Origin: Acidimicrobiia bacterium
GTDB lineage: Bacteria; Actinomycetota; Acidimicrobiia; UBA2766
NCBI GenBank assembly: GCA_019695375.1
Contig: JAIBAC010000002.1
Span: 700-64,699 of the forward strand
Length of the DNA: 64,000 nucleotides
Direction: 5' to 3'
Position numbers and translations under genes: made by a program. Under the pieces are notes generated by a model. It was not told the DNA's origin. It saw only the letters and a list, made by a program, of their open reading frames with translations, and ran no database searches. Shown here one piece after another: positions 8,646 through 18,880 of the stretch (position 1 is its first letter; each line of letters opens with the position of its first letter).

Positions 8646-9305
8646 ATGGCGAAGCCGGCGTTGAGCCTGATCGCATGCGCACTGCTGGCCTTCGCGGCAA
8701 CCGGTGCCTGCGCAGGTGCCACGCGCGGGCACCTCCCGGCGACCAGCGCGGCGCAGACGGAATCGACCCTGCTCTACGCCGACGGGTCCGGCACGACCGG
8801 AGGCGGTGAGCCGTGGGAGGCCACCACCTCGACCGCCGTCGCGCCGACGTCGGCGCCGGCACCGGGCGCAGGTGTGCCGGGAGCGGGCATCTCAGCGCCC
8901 TGCGCATCGCAGGTGAGGCTCCCGGACCACGTCGACGGGTACACGGTCACGCCCGGGGACAGCGCCGCTCTCGGCCTGTTCGCGCTGCCGCCGGGGTTGC
9001 AGGGGACAGGGCTCAACCACGTGACACGTGGCGACGGCGCCGTCGTCGACCTCGTCTCCGTGAGCGGCGCGGCATACGTCTTCGGCGCCGCGCCGGACGC
9101 GACCGTGCTCGATCGATTCGCCCGCAGCGTCGGCATCTCGGGTCAACCGGCCGCGGTGGCGGTCGGCGCTCACCACGGGGTCGTGGTGCAGACGTCGACG
9201 GGATCGACGATGTACGCGTGGATGCCGTGCCGCGGCGCCGTGATGGCTGCCGCAGGCCGTGATGCGGCGATGACGGCGGACGTGGTGGCCCGCGTCAGCC
9301 GTTGA
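8646..9305 (+). CDS. Putative secreted or lipoprotein, hypothetical
   Basis: MAKPALSLIACALLAFAATGACAG is an N-terminal signal peptide with a cysteine. Ala/Gly/Thr-rich mature region. Confidence 0.5.
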   Translation: MAKPALSLIACALLAFAATGACAGATRGHLPATSAAQTESTLLYADGSGTTGGGEPWEATTSTAVAPTSAPAPGAGVPGAGISAPCASQVRLPDHVDGYTVTPGDSAALGLFALPPGLQGTGLNHVTRGDGAVVDLVSVSGAAYVFGAAPDATVLDRFARSVGISGQPAAVAVGAHHGVVVQTSTGSTMYAWMPCRGAVMAAAGRDAAMTADVVARVSR

Positions 9306-9684
9306 CGTCGATGGTCCCGGTCATCTGCGTCGGGTGGATCGCGCACCTGTAGGAGACCTTGCCCGTCACCGAGACGTCCGGTGACCAGGTGAACGTGCTG
9401 CCCGCGCCGATCGGGCCCGAGTCGAAAGACGCGCCCTCGGTGGCGACCATCTCGTGGGTCCCCTCGAGCACTGTCCAGGTCACGGGAGTGCCGGTGGTCG
9501 CCGTGATCGTCGGGGGATCGAACGCATAGTTGCGTACCGAGACCGCGACCGCGTCCGTGACACCCGGAGCCGTCGCCGGGGCTGCGGTCGTGGCGCCCGA
9601 GGGCTCGGAGCTGCAAGCCCCCATGAGGCTGGAAGCTGCCGCGACCACGCCCGCGGTCAACAACAGGACGGGTCGTCTCCACAT
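9295..9684 (-). CDS. Cupredoxin-like (plastocyanin/azurin-fold) secreted protein
   Basis: Signal peptide MWRRPVLLLTAGVVAAASSLMGAC. C-terminal YRCAIHPTQMTG is a type-1 copper-site-like C..H..M motif. Confidence 0.55.
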   Translation of the reverse strand: MWRRPVLLLTAGVVAAASSLMGACSSEPSGATTAAPATAPGVTDAVAVSVRNYAFDPPTITATTGTPVTWTVLEGTHEMVATEGASFDSGPIGAGSTFTWSPDVSVTGKVSYRCAIHPTQMTGTIDVNG

Positions 9685-9751
9685 GAGTCGCTCCGCTCGC
9701 ATCGGGGGTCGGCTGACAGCACCATTCTGGTGCGGGCGCGAGTGGATCCGC

Positions 9752-10492
9752 TCAGTAGCGCCCGAGAGCCGCGCGTGCGCTGCCGACCCGTGTCGAGGCA
9801 GTCGTCGCGGCGATGGTCGCGGTGGCGGTCGCCGGATGGGCCGCCTCGACCAACCGCGCCGCGGCGCTCGGCGCCTGTGGCGCATGCGACGCGGGCGGAG
9901 GCGCATATGGGTGGATGTCGGGTGTGGGAACCGGCGGTGGGGTGAGCGCCCCGAGCGCCATCGGCACGACGACCGCGTCCCGCGGTGACCCGTCGGGACC
10001 CGCGAACACCAGCGAGACCGAGTTGGTCGCGTCGGTCCGCACGGCTGTGCTGCGTGAGGCCACCGTGGTGGTGCCCATCCACAGCGTCACCCGCGTGCCG
10101 TCCTCGGCGACCTGCAGTGGAACCGCAAGTGGACCGAGGGCGACGGGACGCGTGAGCTCGACGAAGGCCTCCCATCCTCCGTAGGGCACGGCGCGCATGC
10201 CCGCGCGCGCCTCGATCGTGAGTGCGAAGCCGAACAGGTCGATGTTGGCCGTACCCACGGCGGTGAACTCCTGGGCGAGCCCGGATCCCTCGATCCACAG
10301 CGCGAGGTCGACGCCGTCCCACGACGCACAAGTGCGTGCGATCGCCGCGGTGTCGCTCAGCGTGACGGGCGTGTCCGCGCAGCCGCCCAGGGCGAGCGGT
10401 GCCGGGGCCGCGCGTGCGGGGGCCGCCTGCGCGGACACGAGTCCGAGGGCCGCGACGGAGGCCGCGACGGCGAATGCGAGGAAGCGTCTCAT
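9752..10492 (-). CDS. Secreted hypothetical protein
   Basis: MRRFLAFAVAASVAALGLVSAQAAPA is a signal peptide. Start placed at the internal ATG (10492) of ORF 9752..10798. Confidence 0.45.
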   Translation of the reverse strand: MRRFLAFAVAASVAALGLVSAQAAPARAAPAPLALGGCADTPVTLSDTAAIARTCASWDGVDLALWIEGSGLAQEFTAVGTANIDLFGFALTIEARAGMRAVPYGGWEAFVELTRPVALGPLAVPLQVAEDGTRVTLWMGTTTVASRSTAVRTDATNSVSLVFAGPDGSPRDAVVVPMALGALTPPPVPTPDIHPYAPPPASHAPQAPSAAARLVEAAHPATATATIAATTASTRVGSARAALGRY

Positions 10493-10539
10493 CCCCGGCG
10501 GATCGGCGCAGCCGGCCGCGGTATGAGCTGCCTGCGCCG

Positions 10540-11403
10540 CTAGCGACGCTGCATGCCGAACTGCACGACGACGAACATCACGAGGCGGTTGGTGCCCGCG
10601 AGGGGCCCAGTGGCCCAGCCGAGGCCGATGTAGCGATGACGGGGATCGAGCATGTTCGCCTTGTGCGGTGCCGAGTCCAAGAAGGCGGTCTGCACCACGT
10701 CTGCGGACGGCCGCACCGAGTAGGCGATGTTCTCGCCCCACCCGTTCCACGTCGCCGAGTCGGGTTCGCCGCCGGGGTCGCACTCGTTGGAGTGGCACAG
10801 CACACCGTGTTCTGCCATCCAGTCCGCGTGACGCTGGGCCGAGCGGATCAGGGAGAGGTCGAGCTGCAGCGGCTCGAGGCCGCGGCTCGTGCGCTGCGAG
10901 TTCGTCAGGTTGTACAGCCTCACCAGTTCGGGGCTCGCGAGATCGGCGGTGGTCGCTGCGCGTCCTGACGTCGCGGGTGCAGCACCGGATCCCGACGCGG
11001 CGCTGCCCGCAGCGTCCGAGCCGGCAGCGGAGCTGCTTCCGCCCTGGAGGCCTCCGAGGAGCCGGCTCAGCGGGTCTGAACCGGCATCACCCGCTGTCGT
11101 GTTCGGGTCCGCCAGGGGATCCGGTTCGCGCATGAACGCACCGTCGACACCGAACCCGCCGCTCACCTGAAGGCTCACTGGACGCGCGTCGTCGAGGCCG
11201 GCGGGCGATGAAGTGCGCGCCTCCTTGGTCGTCGAGGCGGAGAGGCTGGAGAAGATGACCGCCACGAGGACGAGCGCGGCGCCGACACCGAGCACAGCCG
11301 GCAGCGGGAATGCCCGCGCGAAACCCGAGTACCGGTTGCGCACGCGTCGCGCCACCTGCGGCACGACCCTGTTCAGGTCGGTGAGCTCGGTGGTGCGCGC
11401 CAT
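10540..11403 (-). CDS. CAP/SCP (PR-1-like) domain secreted protein
   Basis: CHSNECDPGG...FLDSAPHKANMLDPRHRYIGLGWA match CAP-domain motifs. TM/signal segment near the N-terminus. Start uncertain (11403 or 11469). Confidence 0.6.
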   Translation of the reverse strand: MARTTELTDLNRVVPQVARRVRNRYSGFARAFPLPAVLGVGAALVLVAVIFSSLSASTTKEARTSSPAGLDDARPVSLQVSGGFGVDGAFMREPDPLADPNTTAGDAGSDPLSRLLGGLQGGSSSAAGSDAAGSAASGSGAAPATSGRAATTADLASPELVRLYNLTNSQRTSRGLEPLQLDLSLIRSAQRHADWMAEHGVLCHSNECDPGGEPDSATWNGWGENIAYSVRPSADVVQTAFLDSAPHKANMLDPRHRYIGLGWATGPLAGTNRLVMFVVVQFGMQRR

Positions 11404-11611
11404 GCGGCGCTGGAAGCGGCGGTAGCCCGCGCCCACCGTGTCAGGGGCATGCGTCGGCCGGGATGGCATCGTCGCCAGGACTTCACGGACGTCACCCGCG
11501 AATCCTGCCGTTGCGCTCCCGCAGGCAGCGGCCAGAGCGGTTCAGCAGCCACCCCACTACCCTGGCACCTCGCGGGTCGACAGCGACGGCGACACCTCAC
11601 AGGCGGAAGCG

Positions 11612-12982
11612 ATGGCTCATTTCGAACGGCTGGCACCGGCAGACGCGCAGTTCCTCTACCAGGAGACACCGACGGCACACATGCACGTGGGTGGACTGGT
11701 GGTCTTCGACGACTCCGGCTTCGACCTCGCGGACGTGATGGCCCACACCGAGAGCCGGATGGCGCTCGTCCCGCGATTCCGCCAGAAGCTCATGTGGGTG
11801 CCCTACGGGTTCGGCCGTCCGGTGTGGGTCGACGACGCGGACTTCGACATCCGCTACCACGTGCGACACACCGGTCTGCCCCGACCTGGCGGCGAGCGTG
11901 AGCTGCTTGCGCTCATGGGACGCATCATGTCGGTGCAACTCGACCGCAAGCGACCGCTCTGGGAGATGTGGATCATCGACCTGCCCGACGAGCGCCGCGC
12001 GATGATCCACAAGACCCACCACGCGATGATCGACGGGATGAGCGGCGTCGACCTCGCCTCCGTCCTCCTCGACCTGACAGCCGAGGGTCAGGACCTCGGC
12101 CCGCCCACAGACAAGCCGCGGAGCGCGCCCACGAAGCCCGAGCTCCTCCGCGAGACCGTCGTGGAGCGGGCCACGCGCCCCGCCGAGGTGTGGCGCACAG
12201 CCGCACGCGCGACGCGAGGCCCGCGCGAGTTCCTCGGCCGCGCCCGCGAGGTCGGCGCCGGGGTCATGAGCTTCGGCAAGGCGCCCTTCCAGGTCGCACC
12301 GAAGACGTCGCTGTCGCAGCGCAACGGCCAGCACCGGCGCTACGGCGTCGTGCGAACCGACCTCGCCGACGTCAAGGTCGTGAAGAACCGCGTGGGATCG
12401 ACCGTCAACGACGTCGTCCTCGCCCTCGTGGCCGGCGGTTTGCGCCACCTGCTCCTCAGCCGCGGCGACGTCGTCGACGACCTCGTCATGCGCGCGTCGG
12501 TGCCCGTGTCGGTGCGCGAGGAGTCCGACAAGATGTCGATGGGCAACAAGGTGGCGGTGATGTTCGCCGAACTGCCGGTCGGTGAGCCCGACCCCGACGT
12601 CCGCCTCTCGCTCATCAAGGCGCACATGGGTCGTGCCAAAGACGGCAAGCAGGCACTCGGGGCCGACGCCATAATGCGTCTCGCCGACTTCGCACCGCCC
12701 ACGTTGCTCTCGCTCGCAGGCCGCGTGGTGGCGAACCAGTGGGTCATGAACCTGACCGTCACTAACGTCCCCGGCCCCCAGTTCCCGCTCTACTTCATGG
12801 GTGGGGCAGTGCACGAGATCCTGCCGATGGTGCCCCTCGTCGGCGAGACCAACATCGGCGTCGCGTGCCTGTCCTACAACGGAGCACTCGACTTCGGCCT
12901 CACCGGGGATTGGGACGCAGTTCCCGACCTCGACGTGTTCGCCGAGGGCATCGAGAAGACCCTCGCCGACTACCTGCGCTGA
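11612..12982 (+). CDS. Wax ester synthase/diacylglycerol acyltransferase (WS/DGAT)
   Basis: MAHFERLAPADAQFLYQETPTAHMHVGGL ... HHAMIDGMSG (HHxxxDG active site). Confidence 0.85.
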   Translation: MAHFERLAPADAQFLYQETPTAHMHVGGLVVFDDSGFDLADVMAHTESRMALVPRFRQKLMWVPYGFGRPVWVDDADFDIRYHVRHTGLPRPGGERELLALMGRIMSVQLDRKRPLWEMWIIDLPDERRAMIHKTHHAMIDGMSGVDLASVLLDLTAEGQDLGPPTDKPRSAPTKPELLRETVVERATRPAEVWRTAARATRGPREFLGRAREVGAGVMSFGKAPFQVAPKTSLSQRNGQHRRYGVVRTDLADVKVVKNRVGSTVNDVVLALVAGGLRHLLLSRGDVVDDLVMRASVPVSVREESDKMSMGNKVAVMFAELPVGEPDPDVRLSLIKAHMGRAKDGKQALGADAIMRLADFAPPTLLSLAGRVVANQWVMNLTVTNVPGPQFPLYFMGGAVHEILPMVPLVGETNIGVACLSYNGALDFGLTGDWDAVPDLDVFAEGIEKTLADYLR

Positions 12983-13126
12983 GAAGGCCAGGTGGCAGAC
13001 GGTTCCTAAATCACCCGAATCGGTCTAGCCTCTAGGTACCCACCCACATCACCCACGGAGAGGGCTGGTCCCCACCCGCCGGCTCTCTCCAATCGCCGGG
13101 GCCTGTTCACGGCTCTGGCCGACGCC

Positions 13127-13155
13127 GAGGCCCCGCCTGCAAACGGCGGGGCCTC
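13127..13155 (+). terminator. Intrinsic-terminator-like hairpin GAGGCCCCGCC-tgcaaac-GGCGGGGCCTC after the first WS/DGAT gene
   Basis: Perfect 11-bp stem with 7-nt loop, 145 bp downstream of the stop at 12982. Confidence 0.5.
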
Positions 13156-13302
13156 GCTCATCAACACACGAGGCGGTCGTGTTCCCCGTGTCCCTCCGCA
13201 CGAAGACGGCATCCGTGCTCTCGCGTCCGATGCCGTGGCGGCGTCGGTTGCACCGTCGTGCGCCGGCGGCAGAATGGTGTGCGCCGTCTATCGGGGGAGT
13301 CG

Positions 13303-14667
13303 ATGAGCTTCTACGAGAGGTTGTCGCCGCAGGACGTCTCGTTCCTCTACGCGGAGTCGGCAACGGCACAGATGCACGTCGGGTCGCTCGCGCTGCTCGA
13401 CGAGGCTGACTTCGGCTACGAGGACCTGTGCGACCTGATCGACACCAAGCTCGCGCTCGCGCCACGTTTGCGCCGCAAGCTCATGTGGGTGCCCTACGGC
13501 CAGGGGCGGCCGGTGTGGGTCGACGACGCCGACTTCGACATCCGCTACCACGTGCGCCACACCGGCCTGCCCCAGCCCGGAGGCCGTGAAGAACTGCTGA
13601 CGCTGTTCGGTCGTGTGATGAGCGTGCCGCTGGACCGCAAGCGGCCCCTCTGGGAGGTGTGGCTCGTCGACCAGCCCGGCGGCGCCAAGTCGGTCATCTA
13701 CAAGATCCACCACGCCATGGTCGACGGCATCAGCGGTGTCGACCTCGCAGTGGTGCTCTTCGACCTCGCACCCGACGCGGTGGCCCCCGAAGGGGGGTCG
13801 TTCGAACCGGAGCCGGCACCGTCGAAGCAACGCCTGGTGGTGGACAGCGTGATCGAGCGGTTCACGCGTCCAGCCGAGATCGTGCGTGGTCTCCGCGCGT
13901 CGATCCGCGCGCCGCGACACGCATACGAGGTGGCGGCACGCCGCGCGAAGGGTCTGCTCAGCCTCGGCGGATCGATCCAGAGCACGCAGACGACGTCGCT
14001 GTCGCGCACGGTCGGCGGACACCGGCGTTTCGAGACGGTCAGCCTCGCCCTCGCCGACGTCAAGGCTGTCAAGGCGCAGTACGGAACCACCGTGAACGAC
14101 GTCGTGCTGACGATCGTGGCAGGCGGGCTGCGCCACTACCTGCTCGAGCGTGGCGACGTCGTCGACGGGCCCGGACTCAAGGTCATGGTGCCGGTGTCGG
14201 TGCGTCCCGAGGCGGACCGGGGCACCTACGGCAACCAGGTGTCGATGATGCTCGTCACGCTGCCGGTCGGCGAGCCCGACGCGAGACAGGTGCTCGCCGC
14301 GATCCACGCCCAGACCGCGGCGCTCAAGGACTCGCACGAGGCGGAGGGTGCCGAGTCGCTGATGCGATCGTTCGACTACCTGCCGATGTTCTTCCTCAAC
14401 CTCGCTGCCCGTGGCGCCGCCGTGCAGAGCATCGTCAACCTCGTCGTCACCAACGTTCCAGGCCCGCAGTTCCCGCTCTACTGCCTCGGGGCGCGGATGC
14501 GCGAGGCGTACCCGTACGTGCCGCTGCTCGGCAAGATGGCCGTCGGTGTCGCGGTGCTCAGCTACGACGGCCAGCTCAACTTCGGCCTCAGCGGCGACTG
14601 GGACACCACAGCCGACCTCGCCGTGTTCGCCGAGGGCATCGAGAAGTCGCTCGGACAGCTCCGGTAG
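13303..14667 (+). CDS. Wax ester synthase/diacylglycerol acyltransferase (WS/DGAT), tandem paralog
   Basis: MSFYERLSPQDVSFLYAESATAQMHVG ... HHAMVDGISG. Confidence 0.85.
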   Translation: MSFYERLSPQDVSFLYAESATAQMHVGSLALLDEADFGYEDLCDLIDTKLALAPRLRRKLMWVPYGQGRPVWVDDADFDIRYHVRHTGLPQPGGREELLTLFGRVMSVPLDRKRPLWEVWLVDQPGGAKSVIYKIHHAMVDGISGVDLAVVLFDLAPDAVAPEGGSFEPEPAPSKQRLVVDSVIERFTRPAEIVRGLRASIRAPRHAYEVAARRAKGLLSLGGSIQSTQTTSLSRTVGGHRRFETVSLALADVKAVKAQYGTTVNDVVLTIVAGGLRHYLLERGDVVDGPGLKVMVPVSVRPEADRGTYGNQVSMMLVTLPVGEPDARQVLAAIHAQTAALKDSHEAEGAESLMRSFDYLPMFFLNLAARGAAVQSIVNLVVTNVPGPQFPLYCLGARMREAYPYVPLLGKMAVGVAVLSYDGQLNFGLSGDWDTTADLAVFAEGIEKSLGQLR

Positions 14668-14673
14668 CGCCGG

Positions 14674-15444
14674 TCAGGACGCGGCTGCAGAGCTCTCGCC
14701 GAGGCGTGCCGACATGGTGATCAGCTCCCCGCGGGTGCGGGCGCCGAGCTTCTCGCGGATCCGCCTGACGTAGCCGGTCACGGTTCCCACGCTGAGGCCG
14801 AGCTGGCTCCCGATCGCGCGGTTGTCGAGGCCGAGCCCCAGCTTCGAGAGCACCTGCAGCTCCCGCCGCGTGAGCTCCTCGACCACGTCAGCGGCGTCGA
14901 GTGGCGTGTCGGAGTCTGTGAGCGAGGCTGCTGCGTGCAGGGACGCCGACTCCACGATCACGCGGGTGGTGCGACGGTTGAGCGGCGGGACCGCGGTCGA
15001 CGCCGGCCTCCCCAGCGCTTCGCACGCAGACTCCAGCGCGCGGTCACCCAACGCGATCCTCCCCGCCCGAGCAGCTCGCAGGGCGTCGACGAGGGCGTCG
15101 AGGCCGTCGTCGACGTTGACGTAGCCGAACACACCCTCGCGCAGCGCTGCCAGGAGGGGCCGTGGCGAGAGGGTGAGGGTCCAGACCACGAGCGGTGTGC
15201 GTGGGAACGCGGCCGCGAGCGTGGACACCACCGCGTCGCCTCCGGGGCCCGGCACGGCGACGTCGGTCACGACCACGTCGGCGCCGAGGTCGGGTGGGAG
15301 CCTTCGCACGCTTGCCATGTCGGTCGCCCAGCCGCACCAGACGAAGTCGCCGGCGGCCTGTAGGGCTCCGCGCACGGCGGCGGCGGTGTCGCCGTCCGCA
15401 CAGACGACGAGCACACGGCTGCGGTCGTCGGTGATCCTGCTCAT
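14674..15444 (-). CDS. LuxR/NarL-family response regulator
   Basis: Receiver-like N-terminus. C-terminal LuxR HTH ELTRRELQVLSKLGLGLDNRAIGSQLGLSVGTVTGYVRRIREKL. Confidence 0.8.
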   Translation of the reverse strand: MSRITDDRSRVLVVCADGDTAAAVRGALQAAGDFVWCGWATDMASVRRLPPDLGADVVVTDVAVPGPGGDAVVSTLAAAFPRTPLVVWTLTLSPRPLLAALREGVFGYVNVDDGLDALVDALRAARAGRIALGDRALESACEALGRPASTAVPPLNRRTTRVIVESASLHAAASLTDSDTPLDAADVVEELTRRELQVLSKLGLGLDNRAIGSQLGLSVGTVTGYVRRIREKLGARTRGELITMSARLGESSAAAS

Positions 15445-15476
15445 CGCATCCTGCCCGGGATCGGGGTCTCTGCTGA

Positions 15477-16022
15477 GTGTCGGATCGCGAGCGGCGCCGA
15501 TTGAGCGCCATACTTGTCGCCGACCGGTTCGGACCGATCCGAAGGACGGAGCGCCAAGTGCCCAGGGACCTGCCAGTGTCGGACGTGATGACGACCGATC
15601 TCATCACGATCGGCGCCGACGCCGGGGTGCTCGATGCGGCGAAGATGATGGCCGAGCACGGCGTCGGCGGCCTCCCGGTCGTCGACGCGGGCGGTGATCT
15701 CGTCGGTCTCATCGAGGAGGGTGACGTCATCGTCGAGGACGCCGACCTTCCCCAGCGCAGCTACATCGAGTTCCTGGGCGCCTACATAGAGCTGCCGTCG
15801 GGACTGCACCGCTTCGAGGACCGGTTCCGCAAGGCCGTTGCCGCCACGGTCGGTGACGCGATGCGGAAGGACCCGCCGACGGTCCCGCCCGCGACCACGC
15901 TCGAGGACGTCGCGACCTACATGCTCGACCACGGTGTCGGGCGGCTGCCGATCGTCGAGGACGGCAAGCTCGTCGGCATCGTCACGCGGGGCGACCTCGT
16001 GCGTGCGATCGCCGCCGGCTAG
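15477..16022 (+). CDS. CBS-domain pair protein
   Basis: VSDVMTTDLITIGADAGVLDAAKMMAEHGVGGLPVV and a second CBS unit. True start is probably internal (ATG about 15588 or GTG about 15558). Confidence 0.7.
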   Translation: MSDRERRRLSAILVADRFGPIRRTERQVPRDLPVSDVMTTDLITIGADAGVLDAAKMMAEHGVGGLPVVDAGGDLVGLIEEGDVIVEDADLPQRSYIEFLGAYIELPSGLHRFEDRFRKAVAATVGDAMRKDPPTVPPATTLEDVATYMLDHGVGRLPIVEDGKLVGIVTRGDLVRAIAAG

Positions 16023-18880
16023 TCGCGGAACTCCTGCTGCGATCCCTGCTCGGGGTACAGGACCGACTCCGCGACCGAATGGGCACGGCGCGCCAGGCGG
16101 CGCCAGTCCTCACGCAGGGTCGGTGCGGGATGGTGCGAGTAGCCCAGCGACAGAGCGAGGCGGCCGAGCTCGGTGTGGTTGGCGGGCAGTGCATCGGTCG
16201 AGCGTGATGCCATGAGCCAGAGCCGGTCGCGCAGACGAGACGCGAACCTGTACGCGTCGGCGAGGCGCGAGGAGCCGCCGGCGTCGAGGACACCCGCAGC
16301 TGCGAGACGCTCGATCGCGATCCGGGTCGACGGTGTGCGCACCGTCGGCGTTGACGCCCCGTGCTCGAGCTGCAGGAGCTGCACGGCGAACTCCACGTCG
16401 ACGAGTCCGCCGCGTCCGAGCTTGAGGTTCAGCGCGGAATCGGAACCCTTGGGCAGCCGCTCCTTGTCGATGCGCGCCTTCATCTTGCGGACATCGGTGC
16501 GCCACGCCGTAGGGAACGGGTCGCGGTACACGAAATCGCCGGCCGCCGCGCACAGCTCCGCTCCCAGCGCGGCATCCCCCGCGATCGGTTGAGCCCTCAG
16601 CAGCGACTGGAACTCCCACGTCTCCGCCCAACGCTCCCAGTACTGCCGGTAGCCGTCGACCGTCCGCGACAGCACCCCGGCACGTCCCTCGGGACGCAGG
16701 TCGAGGTCGACGTCGAACGCGATCCCGTCGGCTGTGGGCGACGCGACCGCACGCACGACCGCCTGGACCACGGCCTCGGCCTTGCCGAAGGCGCCGGCAT
16801 CTCCTTCGTGCACGGCGACGATGTCCAGGTCGGAGCCGTACGACAGCTCGCGCCCGCCGAGACGGCCGAGGCCGACGAGGGCGATCCGCGGCACCGGCGC
16901 CGGAACGCCGCTCTCGTCGAGGGCGGCCTGCAGGCATGCCGACGCGAGACGCGTGAGCTCCTCGCCGACGCCTTCGTGGGTCGTGAACCCGAGCAGCTCG
17001 CGGATGCCCACGCGGGCGCGCTCGCGCTGGACGAACCGGCGGATCGCGCGCAGGCGGCCTGCGTCGCCGCGTCGCCAGGCCATCTGGCGCGTGGCGCCCT
17101 CGAGCAGCTCGTCCTCGTCGCGTGGCGCTGCCAGCGCGTCGTCCTGTTCGAGCAGCATCCTGATGAGATCCGGGAAGCGCTCGAGCGCCTCGCCCATCGG
17201 CCTCGACGTGCCGATCACCTTGCAGATCCGCTGGGCGGCGAGCGGTGACTCGCGGAACACGGCGGTTAGCGCTTCGGCGCGGTGGGAGCCCTCTGTGAGG
17301 CGCTCGAGCATGAGCAGACCGAGGTCGGGGTTCGGCGCATCGGTCAGCCAACCGAGCACGAGCGGCAGCATCGCCTCCATCAGCCGCGATTGGCGCGACA
17401 TCCCCGAGGTCAAGGCCGTGAGCGCCCGTCGTGTGGCCGCCGAGTTCGCAAATCCGAACACGTGCAGGCGCTCCTCGGCCGCGTCTGCGGAGATCGTCGT
17501 GTCCCCCTGGCCTGCGAAGACCTCGAGCAGCGGCCTGTAGAAGAGGCGCTCGTGCACGCTTCGCACGGTGGCGAGGTCGACGCGGAAGTCGTCGAGGAAC
17601 TGCGCTCCCGCCGCCGCATCCGCCGTCGGGCTGTACCCGAGCACGCGTGCGAGCCGTTCCAGCGAGGCGTCGTCGGCCGGCAGCGAGTGCACCTGCTTCT
17701 CGTCGAGGAGTTGGAGGCGGTGCTCCACGGTGCGAAGCTTCGTGTAGCTGTTCGCGAGGACCTCGGCATCGGCATGTGCGATGTAGCCGGCGTTTGCGAG
17801 CTGGCCGAGCGCCTCGAGCGTGTTCGGTGAGCGGATCGTGGGGTCGTGGCGGCCGTGCACGAGCTGGAGGAGCTGCACCGCGAACTCGACGTCGCGTATG
17901 CCGCCGGGCCCCAGCTTGACCTGCCTGTCGGCTGTGCCCGTGCGTGCGAGCTGTGCTTCGGCGCGGGCCTTCATGGCACGCAGCTCGTCGAGAGCGTCGG
18001 GGCGCAACGTCTCCGGCCAGACGTACCGCGATGCAGCGGTGGCGAACTGCTCACCGACGCTGCTGTCACCTGCGCAGGGACGCGCCTTGATCAGGGCCTG
18101 GAACTCCCACGTGTCCGCCCATCGCTCCCAGTACGACACGTAGCCGGCCACCGACCGGACGAGCTTGCCGGAGCGGCCCTCCGGGCGGAGGTCGGCGTCG
18201 GTCCGCCACACGATGCCCTCGCTGCTCGGTGCGGCCATCGTCGACAGGAGCCGGCGGCATGCAGGTGTCGGGTCGTCGCCGTCGGCCGACACGAACAGGA
18301 CGTCGACGTCGCTGGAGTAGTTGAGCTCGCGGCCGCCGTGCTTGCCCATGGCCACGATGCAGAGTCCCTCGGGGCTGCCTTCGGTCGCGATGGTGAGCGC
18401 CGCCTCCAGGCAGGCGTCGGCGAGGTCGGACAGTGCCGCCCCGACCTGGGAGAGCGTCGCGATCATGGACAGATCACGCAACGCGATCCGCAGATACCAG
18501 GAGTGCCGGAACGTCCTCAGGGCGGCCTCGGGATCGGCGGCCGAAGTCACGGTGGCGAGTGCACGTGATCGCAGCTCGTCGCGGTCTGGGAGCGGCGCCA
18601 GCACGAGCTCGGTGCCGAGGTCGCGCAGGTCGCTCGGATGGGTGCGGAGCCAGCGGACCAGCGATCGGGACGCGCCTGCCACGAGCGGGAGGTTTCGCCG
18701 CCCTGCGTCGGAGCCGAGCACGGCACGGGTCGCTTCCGGTTGTGCCTCTGTGAGCGCCACGAGCTCGGCGCCGACGGAGTCGGGATCTGCCGAGGCCGCG
18801 ACCGCGGCCAGGACCGCGTCGACGGGGGTGCCGGCCAGTGCACGAGAGATCGCGCCGGCCGTGTCGGTCGGATCCACCAT
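16019..18880 (-). CDS. glnE: Glutamine synthetase adenylyltransferase/adenylyl-removing enzyme
   Basis: About 950 aa with two nucleotidyltransferase domains (GKHGGRELNYSSDVDVLFV and GRLGGRELSYGSDLDIVAV). Start chosen at MVDPTDTAG (ATG 18880). A longer form starting at 18937 is possible. Confidence 0.9.
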   Translation of the reverse strand: MVDPTDTAGAISRALAGTPVDAVLAAVAASADPDSVGAELVALTEAQPEATRAVLGSDAGRRNLPLVAGASRSLVRWLRTHPSDLRDLGTELVLAPLPDRDELRSRALATVTSAADPEAALRTFRHSWYLRIALRDLSMIATLSQVGAALSDLADACLEAALTIATEGSPEGLCIVAMGKHGGRELNYSSDVDVLFVSADGDDPTPACRRLLSTMAAPSSEGIVWRTDADLRPEGRSGKLVRSVAGYVSYWERWADTWEFQALIKARPCAGDSSVGEQFATAASRYVWPETLRPDALDELRAMKARAEAQLARTGTADRQVKLGPGGIRDVEFAVQLLQLVHGRHDPTIRSPNTLEALGQLANAGYIAHADAEVLANSYTKLRTVEHRLQLLDEKQVHSLPADDASLERLARVLGYSPTADAAAGAQFLDDFRVDLATVRSVHERLFYRPLLEVFAGQGDTTISADAAEERLHVFGFANSAATRRALTALTSGMSRQSRLMEAMLPLVLGWLTDAPNPDLGLLMLERLTEGSHRAEALTAVFRESPLAAQRICKVIGTSRPMGEALERFPDLIRMLLEQDDALAAPRDEDELLEGATRQMAWRRGDAGRLRAIRRFVQRERARVGIRELLGFTTHEGVGEELTRLASACLQAALDESGVPAPVPRIALVGLGRLGGRELSYGSDLDIVAVHEGDAGAFGKAEAVVQAVVRAVASPTADGIAFDVDLDLRPEGRAGVLSRTVDGYRQYWERWAETWEFQSLLRAQPIAGDAALGAELCAAAGDFVYRDPFPTAWRTDVRKMKARIDKERLPKGSDSALNLKLGRGGLVDVEFAVQLLQLEHGASTPTVRTPSTRIAIERLAAAGVLDAGGSSRLADAYRFASRLRDRLWLMASRSTDALPANHTELGRLALSLGYSHHPAPTLREDWRRLARRAHSVAESVLYPEQGSQQEFRD

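Noticed and set aside
169-8809. Very long plus-strand ORFs (169..1431, 1629..3647, 2624..5149, 5670..7265, 6323..8809) antisense to the glnII and herA-sbcD-sbcC-nurA genes
   Set aside because: They are Arg/Ala/Gly-rich low-complexity translations typical of stop-codon-poor antisense frames in >70% GC DNA. The opposite strand encodes proteins with strong family motifs.
16110-18568. ORFs 16110..17351(-), 16361..17248(+), 17846..18568(+) inside glnE
   Set aside because: These are alternative frames of a well-supported 950-aa GlnE gene. Their translations are Arg/Pro-rich with no motifs.
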